DNA of 64,000 nucleotides from Francisellaceae bacterium (GTDB taxonomy: Bacteria; Pseudomonadota; Gammaproteobacteria; UBA6186; Azoamicaceae): assembly GCA_018703155.1 (NCBI GenBank), contig JABJGS010000074.1, forward strand, positions 11,878-75,877, given 5' to 3'. The stretch's first letter is position 1. Each line of letters begins with the position of its first letter. The translations under genes were made by a program, and so were the position numbers. Positions 39,292-46,571 of the stretch are shown here, one piece after another. The notes beneath the pieces were generated by a model. That model was not told the origin of the DNA. It ran no database searches and was given only the letters and a program-made list of their open reading frames with translations.

Positions 39292-40695
39292 ATGTCAGTA
39301 ATAACTAGATTTCCACCTAGCCCTACAGGTTATTTGCATGTTGGCAGTGCCAGAACAGCGTTGTATAGCTGGCTTTATGCTAGAGCTAACCAAGGAAAAA
39401 TGGTTTTGAGAATCGAGGATACTGATCGAGAACGCTCTACTGATGAATCAGTGCAAGCTATTTTTGATGGCTTAGCGTGGTTAGGGCTGGATTGGGATGA
39501 AGGGCCTTTCTATCAAACAAAACGATTTGCGCGTTATAAGGAAGTTGTAGATGCTTTATTAGCTCAAGATAAGGCTTATAAATGTTATTGTTCAAAAGAA
39601 AGACTTGACCTGTTGCGTGAAGAGCAAATGGCTAATAAAGAGCAACCAAAGTATGACGGTCATTGTCGTAACCATCCTGCTGTTGGAAATGACTTTGTTA
39701 TTAGATTTAAAAATGAAGAAATGGGAAGCGTATCGTTCAATGATATTGTTAGGGGCGAATTAACTGTTGCTAATACACAATTAGATGATCTGATTTTAGT
39801 TCGTAGTGATAATACACCAACATATAATTTCTGTGTTGTTGTTGATGATATGGACATGGGAATAAATTACGTAATAAGAGGTGAGGATCATATCTCTAAT
39901 ACATTTAGACAAATAAATATTTTAAAAGCTTTAAATGCTGTTATCCCAAATTATGTACATATATCGATGATCCATGGTGAGGATGGTCACAAATTATCAA
40001 AGCGACATGGTGCCGTTGGAGTTATGAGCTATCGTGATGATGGATTCTTACCTGAAGCACTTTTGAATTATTTGGTGCGTTTAGGTTGGTCATCTGGGGA
40101 TAAAGAGATTTTCTCAGTTGAAGAAATGATAGATTTATTTTCCCTAGATAATTTACAAAAATCTCCAGCAATATTTAATCAAGAAAAACTACTTTGGTTA
40201 AATAACCACTATATGAAAGAGTTACCTAGTAATCATGTGGCAAAATATTTAGCTTGGCATTTTGATGATCTTGGGGTCAATGCATCTGCGGGGCCTGAAT
40301 TAGAAGCTTTGATAGAACTGCAAGCACCGCGTTGCAATACTTTAAAAGAAATTGTTAGTAAAAGTTTATATTTTTATCAGGATATTAGTCTGGATCCTGT
40401 TGCTGCCAAAAAACATTTAAAACCAGGAATCGTTGATGCTCTTATAAGCGTAAAGGAAGGCCTGGTAGCACTAAGTTATTGGGATATGGAAACAGTAAAA
40501 AAAGTAATTCATAGTGTTGCTGAAAAATTTGAATTAAAGCTTGGCAAAATAGCACAACCGATTCGAGTAAGCATAACTGGTAATACACAGTCTCCATCTA
40601 TTGATGCAACACTTGCATTATTAGGACAAAGGAAAACCATTGATAGATTGGTTCATGCTATAACCTATATACAGGCACTTGACACTACAAGCTAA
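39292..40695 (+). CDS. gltX: Glutamate--tRNA ligase
   Basis: It has HIGH-type (PSPTGYLHVGSART) and KLSKR (KMSKS-type) motifs plus GluRS blocks. The start is set at ATG 39292 (MSVITRF). Confidence 0.95.
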   Translation: MSVITRFPPSPTGYLHVGSARTALYSWLYARANQGKMVLRIEDTDRERSTDESVQAIFDGLAWLGLDWDEGPFYQTKRFARYKEVVDALLAQDKAYKCYCSKERLDLLREEQMANKEQPKYDGHCRNHPAVGNDFVIRFKNEEMGSVSFNDIVRGELTVANTQLDDLILVRSDNTPTYNFCVVVDDMDMGINYVIRGEDHISNTFRQINILKALNAVIPNYVHISMIHGEDGHKLSKRHGAVGVMSYRDDGFLPEALLNYLVRLGWSSGDKEIFSVEEMIDLFSLDNLQKSPAIFNQEKLLWLNNHYMKELPSNHVAKYLAWHFDDLGVNASAGPELEALIELQAPRCNTLKEIVSKSLYFYQDISLDPVAAKKHLKPGIVDALISVKEGLVALSYWDMETVKKVIHSVAEKFELKLGKIAQPIRVSITGNTQSPSIDATLALLGQRKTIDRLVHAITYIQALDTTS

Positions 40696-40721
40696 CGGCT
40701 ATATTATGTGTTCCTCGGCTC

Positions 40722-40794
40722 GGGGCTATAGCTCAGCTGGGAGAGCACTTGCATGGCATGCAAGGGGTCGGCGGTTCGATCCCGCCTAGCTCCA
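40722..40794 (+). tRNA. tRNA-Ala (anticodon GGC), CCA not encoded
   Basis: The sequence is GGGGCTATAGCTCAGCTGGGAGAGCACTTGCATGGCATGCAAGGGGTCGGCGGTTCGATCCCGCCTAGCTCCA. It has the G3:U70 pair and is nearly identical to E. coli alaW/X. Confidence 0.92.
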
Positions 40795-40810
40795 ATAAAA
40801 AATAGTTCAG

Positions 40811-40886
40811 GTCCCCATCGTCTAGAGGCCTAGGACATCGCCCTTTCACGGCGGTAACAGGGGTTCGAATCCCCTTGGGGACGCCA
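40811..40886 (+). tRNA. tRNA-Glu (anticodon UUC)
   Basis: The sequence is GTCCCCATCGTCTAGAGGCCTAGGACATCGCCCTTTCACGGCGGTAACAGGGGTTCGAATCCCCTTGGGGACGCCA, very close to E. coli tRNA-Glu. Confidence 0.95.
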
Positions 40887-40893
40887 CATCATA

Positions 40894-40915
40894 GTAAGTT
40901 TGCTTTAAAACTTAC
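40894..40915 (+). terminator. Hairpin just 3' of the tRNA-Ala/Glu pair (possible terminator or processing signal)
   Basis: GTAAGTTT-gcttta-AAACTTAC forms an 8-bp stem. No U-tract follows, so the function is uncertain. Confidence 0.3.
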
Positions 40916-41077
40916 ATCCAGGGTACGATAATTTTCCTGGCTATGATTTGGTAATAAACAGGTAACTCTGTTTCTCAAAGGCATCATAATTCTTAAAAAA
41001 CATTCAATGTCCTAACATTTAGGTTTTCGCAGATTCTACTCTCAAAACGGTACAGCGATATATAAATACCCTACACT

Positions 41078-41465
41078 GTGAAACACTCGATACATTTTGG
41101 TCTGAAATTAACCACACTTCTGCCTCATAAATATAATATTCTCATTATTACATTTTCCAGATTTGGCTTCAAAACAGTTCTTCTCACTTTATCAAGAATG
41201 CCGAAATACTTCTTCTTTATCTGGCTAAATTTTTCAGTATTGGACCAAGGTTGGAGGGTGCTTATCTGTAGTAGAAAGAGTTAGGAGGAGATGTATTGGT
41301 GGTGGCTCACATAATACCTCAATAACCTGTCTTGGCTGCAATCACAACTCTAAGACTAATAGAGCTACTCAAAGTAACTTTAAATGCCAGGAACGAGATT
41401 ACAGTAATAATGCTGATGTAGTAGAAGCTAGGCTAGGACATAGCCGATTGGCCTGTGGAGTTTAA
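41078..41465 (+). pseudogene. IS200/IS605-family TnpB (OrfB) C-terminal remnant, frameshifted and degenerate
   Basis: One frame gives ...NFSVLDQGWRVLICSRKS* (compare SIxDxGWxxFxxxLxYKA). The next frame gives GGGSHNTSITCLGCNHNSKTNRATQSNFKCQERDYSNNADVVEARLGHSRLACGV* (compare PxxTSQxCSxCGxxxxxNRxxQxxFxCxxCGYxxNADxNAAxNIxxxGHxxxACG). The second CxxC and the RuvC acidic residues are lost, and the 5' half is absent. Confidence 0.6.
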
Positions 41466-41513
41466 GCGTAACTGAGCCAGATGAGGATCTTGCTCATCCA
41501 TATGAGGTTGGTC

Positions 41514-43619
41514 TCAAGTCTTAAATTTATTTATTTGAGACATTAAAGTATCAGAAAAAGTTAATTGCTGATTACAAGAGTCATATGTTTCCTCTAAGCC
41601 AACAGCTGTTTGTTCAGATAAATCTCTTATCAATACAATATTTTTATTTATATTATCTATCACTTCATTTTGTTCTTTAGCTGCGTGAGATATTGATAAA
41701 TTAAGACCTGATATTTCTTGTGCAGATTTCACGATGATATCCAGAGCTCTTTGAGCCTCATGGGACTTTACTGATCCTTGCTCTAGAATATGCAGACCAT
41801 TGGAGATATTGTCAGCAGTAGCTTGAATACCTTTTTGTAGTCTTTCTATAATGATTTGAATATCTTGAGTCGAGGTATCAGTTTTCTGAGCTAGAGTCCT
41901 AACCTCATCAGCGACAACAGAAAATCCGCGGCCAGATTCTCCGGCTCGAGCAGCCTCAATTGCTGCATTTAAAGCTAGCAGATTTGTTTGTTCGGCTACT
42001 CCGCGTATTACATCCAATACAATACTTACTTGGGTGCTATCTTTAACTATTTGTTTTATAGCATCAGAGGTATCATTGACAAACACAGTTAGATTTTCCA
42101 TTAACACAGTGTTTTCTTCAACAATGATTTTGCCTTTTTCTGCTTCTTTTTTAGCATTGTTGGCAGCAATAGATGCTTCCTCAATACTCGTGCCAACATT
42201 TTTCAGTGATGAGTTCATTTCAGTAATTGCTGTTGCTACAGAGTCAGTTTCATGGCGTTGAGTTTGGATTGATTGAGTAGACATAAACATTTTTTCAGAG
42301 ATATTTTTTGATAATTTCGTTGCAGCTTTTGTCGATGTGATTACATCCTTAATAAGCAAATTAAATTTGTTAAGCATTTTATTTGTGGTTTTTGATAAAA
42401 TTCCAATCTCATCATCACAATATACAGGGAGACGATTAGTTAGATCTGAATTGGCTTCAATTTTATTTAGAGCAACTAAAGTATTTTGAATGGGTTTTCT
42501 TATTTTTCTAATAGTGAAAATACCTAAAATAATAGTCAAAAATATTAATACAAAAGGTGCTTTAGATATAATCGATAGAGCTTGTTTGCTCACATCTCTA
42601 GATTCTTTAATTGATAACTCTTTCATTTCTGAAATTTGATTGCTGATTTTAGAAATGAAAACATTTATATTGTCAGTGTCGATGATTATTTTCTTTTGTG
42701 TTTTTAATAAAAGGGAGCGTATTTTAAAAATTTGAATTTGATGATCAATTTTTTTACTTAAATTTTGATGTAATGTTTTTTGAAATTTTTCAAAAGAGTT
42801 TAATTGTTCTATTACACCTTTTGATTTTGCAAACGATTCTTTAAGTGATTTTGTTAAATTTTTTAGATTCAAAAATTCAGAGTTGATGTTTTTGGTTATA
42901 GATGCAATGTCATCCTGGTCAGCATAGTTTATTTTCCCAGATAGTATTGAGATGTTTAATAATGTTAAATAAGCATTTTCTGAAAGTTCTTTTCTATTAC
43001 CTGTGTCACCTAGAAGCATTTTATTTGCATATTTGGTTATACGGAAAACATTCGGCTCAGAAGCATCTAGCTGCTTCTTTAATCTTTGAACATTTCGGTC
43101 ATAAGCTAGGTCAATTTTTATTGAAATAGAATTTAGCTGTGATTCCATTTTAGAAGAGAGGCTATTCAATTTTGTTTCCAATCTGTTCATATTGTTATTA
43201 ATCGATCTATCTTTATTCTTATATTCATATAGATTTTGACTACCTTGGGTAAGCTCAGTGAAAGATGATTGTAGCTGTTGAATATTTGAATCATTCCCAT
43301 CTTTATTTAAAATTGTTAGGTGTTTCTTTAAATTTTCAAAATGACTGGTATCAATAGTGTTACTAACTACTTTAATAGCAGACACATCAGAAGACATTAT
43401 GCTCATCTGTTGCGCAACTTCATTTAGAGATTTTTCCATTATAAATCTACCTTCTTCTTCCAGTGGGAAGAAAATGTCGATAAATTTATTTTGTTGGGAT
43501 AATATTTGCGTTACAAAAGATGAATTGAAAATGGCTGAAACAGCAGTGCTAAGAATAATAAAAAAAACAAACCCCAATAATGTTTGGGTTATGGTCACGC
43601 TTTTAATTAAATTTTTCAT
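41514..43619 (-). CDS. Methyl-accepting chemotaxis protein with ~315-aa helical periplasmic sensor
   Basis: Two TM segments lie at about residues 10-30 and 345-368. It has a HAMP-like region and the highly conserved signalling hairpin [38 protein letters not shown]. Confidence 0.92.
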   Translation of the reverse strand: MKNLIKSVTITQTLLGFVFFIILSTAVSAIFNSSFVTQILSQQNKFIDIFFPLEEEGRFIMEKSLNEVAQQMSIMSSDVSAIKVVSNTIDTSHFENLKKHLTILNKDGNDSNIQQLQSSFTELTQGSQNLYEYKNKDRSINNNMNRLETKLNSLSSKMESQLNSISIKIDLAYDRNVQRLKKQLDASEPNVFRITKYANKMLLGDTGNRKELSENAYLTLLNISILSGKINYADQDDIASITKNINSEFLNLKNLTKSLKESFAKSKGVIEQLNSFEKFQKTLHQNLSKKIDHQIQIFKIRSLLLKTQKKIIIDTDNINVFISKISNQISEMKELSIKESRDVSKQALSIISKAPFVLIFLTIILGIFTIRKIRKPIQNTLVALNKIEANSDLTNRLPVYCDDEIGILSKTTNKMLNKFNLLIKDVITSTKAATKLSKNISEKMFMSTQSIQTQRHETDSVATAITEMNSSLKNVGTSIEEASIAANNAKKEAEKGKIIVEENTVLMENLTVFVNDTSDAIKQIVKDSTQVSIVLDVIRGVAEQTNLLALNAAIEAARAGESGRGFSVVADEVRTLAQKTDTSTQDIQIIIERLQKGIQATADNISNGLHILEQGSVKSHEAQRALDIIVKSAQEISGLNLSISHAAKEQNEVIDNINKNIVLIRDLSEQTAVGLEETYDSCNQQLTFSDTLMSQINKFKT

Positions 43620-43854
43620 TTACTACCCGCAACTAGTTAACATACCATTTAAAGGTAAGTATAGAGTGTATGTAATATATAATGCTTGCTAACTATGGTT
43701 TAAATAAAAATAATTAATTTTTTAATTAAAAGTTTAAACTATGGGGATGAAGTTCATAAAAATAAGTTAATTAATTTGGCCTGAAATGATGCTTATAAGC
43801 TATCCTGGGACAATGAGATAATATTGCAAATTTATTGAACACAGGAATATATGT

Positions 43855-45210
43855 ATGTCAAAGAAAATTAACCTGCTAATAATAAAACTAGTTTTATTAT
43901 TGATGGTTCCAATGTCGTGTCAGGCAACAATAAAAATTGGCATTCTACATTCATTGTCAGGAACAATGGCTATAAGTGAAACAGAATTAAAGCAAACAAT
44001 TGAGATGTTAATACAGCAACAAAATAAGGCCGGTGGTTTATTAGGGCAAAAATTAGAAGCAATAGTATATGATACCGAGTCAAATTGGCCTAAATTTGCA
44101 GTTGATGCAAAAAAGATGATAGTGAATGATAAGGTTAATGTTATTTTTGGTTGCTGGACATCAGTATCAAGAAAGCATGTTCTTCCAATTATAGAAAAAT
44201 ACAATGGTTTGTTATTTTATCCGGTACAATTTGAGGGTGAAGAATTATCTGAAAATATTTATTATTCCGGAGCCACACCAAATCAGCAAGCAATACCTGC
44301 TGTAGATTATTTACTTAGTAAGGGACATAATAAATTTTTCCTTTTAGGAACTGATTACGTTTATCCACAAACTATAAATAATATTGTAAAAGAATATTTA
44401 ATAGGTAAAGGGATTTCTGAATCAGATATTGTAATAGAATATACGCCTTTTGGGTTCCAAGATTGGGGGCCAACAGTATCTAAGTTAAAGATAGCATCAG
44501 AAGATAAATCTAAAAAAATTGCTGTTGTATCGACTATAAATGGTGATGCTAATATAGGGTTCTATTCTATGCTTGCAGACTCCAAAATAACTTCTAAAGA
44601 TGTTCCTGTAATAGCTTTTTCTGTAGGGGAAAATGAATTGAAGGGAATGGATACCGCACCTCTGGTTGGGCATTTATCCGCTTGGAATTATTTTATGAGT
44701 GGTAGCTCTGAAGAAAATGATAACTTTATTGAAAATTGGCAAGAATTTAAAGAAGATGATAGTGCTGTGACTAATGATCCTATGGAAGCAACATATCTCA
44801 ACTTCAAATTATGGGTTAAAGGAGTAGAGAAAGCAGGAACTACAGATCCAGAAGCAGTTTCTATGGCAATGAACGGCATGACGATAAAAGGTCTATCTGG
44901 CGTTAATGTTAAAATGGATAAAAATAATCATCATTTTCACAAGCCAGTATTAATTGGTGAGATACAAGCTGATGGCCAGTTTAATGTAGTTTGGTCCTCT
45001 ACGGGTTTAGTTTCACCAAGCCCTTTGAATAATAATTTTAAGTTATGTGAAATGCAAGCAAAGGATTATATTGATTATGTGCACCAAATTAATCCAGATA
45101 GAGTTAAGGTAATAGAAGAATATTGCCAAAAAGATGTTAATTTCAAAATATGTGACTTACCTGCTAATGAACTTTCTGCAATGGAAGAAAATGAATGTAA
45201 AAATAAATAA
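43855..45210 (+). CDS. UrtA-type (urea/short-chain amide) periplasmic substrate-binding protein, orphan, with Cys-containing C-terminal extension
   Basis: It has a signal peptide (MVPMSCQA). IKIGILHSLSGTMAISE...FGCWTSVSRKHVLPIIEKYNGLLFYPVQFEGEE closely matches the UrtA/FmdD family as I recall it. No permease or ATPase genes are adjacent. Confidence 0.85.
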   Translation: MSKKINLLIIKLVLLLMVPMSCQATIKIGILHSLSGTMAISETELKQTIEMLIQQQNKAGGLLGQKLEAIVYDTESNWPKFAVDAKKMIVNDKVNVIFGCWTSVSRKHVLPIIEKYNGLLFYPVQFEGEELSENIYYSGATPNQQAIPAVDYLLSKGHNKFFLLGTDYVYPQTINNIVKEYLIGKGISESDIVIEYTPFGFQDWGPTVSKLKIASEDKSKKIAVVSTINGDANIGFYSMLADSKITSKDVPVIAFSVGENELKGMDTAPLVGHLSAWNYFMSGSSEENDNFIENWQEFKEDDSAVTNDPMEATYLNFKLWVKGVEKAGTTDPEAVSMAMNGMTIKGLSGVNVKMDKNNHHFHKPVLIGEIQADGQFNVVWSSTGLVSPSPLNNNFKLCEMQAKDYIDYVHQINPDRVKVIEEYCQKDVNFKICDLPANELSAMEENECKNK

Positions 45211-45264
45211 CTATACACAGATATTTATTTGAATATGAAACGTATAGTTTAATTAGATATTAAG

Positions 45265-45310
45265 TTCATTGGCTCTCACTCAGGTAAATCAAGGTGAGAG
45301 AGCCAATGAA
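45265..45310. terminator. Long hairpin between convergent urtA-like and SIS genes (possible bidirectional terminator)
   Basis: TTCATTGGCTCTCAC (45265-45279) pairs with GTGAGAGAGCCAATGAA (45294-45310): 12 bp, a 2-nt bulge, then 3 bp. There are no flanking U-tracts. Confidence 0.45.
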
Positions 45311-45365
45311 GATTATGATTTATAAGACAGGAAATCATGTATTGTAGAAAATATATCTATGATAA

Positions 45366-46142
45366 TTAATTAAAAGATTTTGTTGGCATCCCCATAACAT
45401 CAGCTAATTCTTGATTACGTTGAGTTTTAGATTTGAGGCAAGCAATTTCGGTATTTAATTCAGAGCCATCTTTTTCACCTAAAATAACATGTAGAGAGCG
45501 GACCAGCATATGCATGATTATATGACCAGTATCTTCTAATACCTGTTGGTCATCAGAATCAATTTCGATAGCAAAATCTGCATATCGAATGGCTGGAGAG
45601 CCTTTTTTTGCTATAGCAATAGAAGTGATCTTGGAGTTTTTAGCTTGTATAAAAGCCTTGAGTATATTATCAGATTTACCACTTCCTGAAACTCCAATGA
45701 AAACATCATTTGGCCTGCCTTTGTCTTTTAGTAAAGTAGCGAAGGCATATGAATAATGGGTGTCATTACCACGAGCTGTAATTTCTGCATGCATTTCATT
45801 AAGACATGTGGCTCCAATTGTTTTTTCTTCAGGATAATCTCGTGTTGCATCCCAAGTTAAATTGTGTGCTAGGTGAGATGCCGTTGTTCCTGAGCCACCA
45901 TTCCCTGCAGTCCAAATGTGACCTTTTTTTCCTTTGGTCTCAGCCAATCTATTAATAACGTTACCCATCTGTTCAAGGTCAATTTGATTGATAGAGTAAT
46001 TAACTTTTTCTGCATAAGATTGTTTGAAATTAATCATGCTATCTCGATATGGCTCATAAAGGTCAACGTTTGCCTGAGAAGTTATAGAGTATAATGAAAA
46101 AATTATTGTTATTATAGATGAATATACTCTGGCTGTAGACAT
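45366..46142 (-). CDS. SIS-domain (GmhA/DiaA-like) protein with predicted N-terminal signal peptide
   Basis: It has SIS blocks (HIWTAGNGGSGTTASHLAHNL, VFIGVSGSGKSDNIL). These are preceded by MSTARVYSSIITIIFSLYSITSQA, which looks like a cleavable signal. Confidence 0.75.
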   Translation of the reverse strand: MSTARVYSSIITIIFSLYSITSQANVDLYEPYRDSMINFKQSYAEKVNYSINQIDLEQMGNVINRLAETKGKKGHIWTAGNGGSGTTASHLAHNLTWDATRDYPEEKTIGATCLNEMHAEITARGNDTHYSYAFATLLKDKGRPNDVFIGVSGSGKSDNILKAFIQAKNSKITSIAIAKKGSPAIRYADFAIEIDSDDQQVLEDTGHIIMHMLVRSLHVILGEKDGSELNTEIACLKSKTQRNQELADVMGMPTKSFN

Positions 46143-46282
46143 GTAAGGATCCTCTTCTAAATTAATTGTTATAAGTTGTTAATAATTAGGATGGACACTA
46201 TACAACAATTTGGATGTAAAAACATACTTATTATTAATGGCTATGTTATGTTGCGTAAATCATATAATAAAAATTAATGTTA

Positions 46283-46396
46283 TTAACACCGACAATGGAA
46301 TACTTAACACCAAAACGTAGCATTGTTAATGCAGAAAACAGTATTGTTAACAAAATAATTAATATTGTATGGATGACAATTAACATTATTAATGTT
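46283..46396. promoter_or_regulatory. Phased array of TTAAY boxes in the divergent SIS / large-ORF intergenic region
   Basis: TTAACACC occurs at 46283 and 46304. ATTGTTAAY occurs at 46322 and 46343. TTAATATT is at 46359, TTAACATT at 46380 and TTAATGTT at 46389. Spacings of the TTAA cores are 21, 22, 21, 12, 21 and 9 bp. Confidence 0.3.
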
Positions 46397-46571
46397 GATG
46401 TTATGGTTTTAACTCCATATCATCTTATTTATCATAGGTACTATAAAACACTATTGTTTCTTTTGATTATCAAATTGTCAGATAAGCATATAAGTGTAAT
46501 TACTCAAATGAACTGAACCAAATATGTTCAGCATTTGTCTAATTAAGATAAATGTAATAAGAGTGAAAACT

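Noticed and set aside
41480-41500. The hairpin GATGAG-gatcttg-CTCATC as the intrinsic terminator of the MCP gene
   Set aside because: There is no U-tract on the MCP (minus) strand side. Its position immediately after the TnpB relic stop fits an IS200/IS605 end structure better, though neither role is proven.
43620-43700. Possible sigma-28 (TAAA-N15-GCCGATAA) flagellar-class promoter upstream of the MCP
   Set aside because: The only TAAA...GCGGGTAG-like pair abuts the start codon and matches the -10 element poorly, so it is not convincing.
46277-46516. 79-aa ORF in the SIS / giant-ORF intergenic region
   Set aside because: The sequence is very AT-rich with no SD, and its composition is dominated by I/N/L/Y. 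The sequence is better explained by the phased TTAAY repeat array (regulatory DNA).
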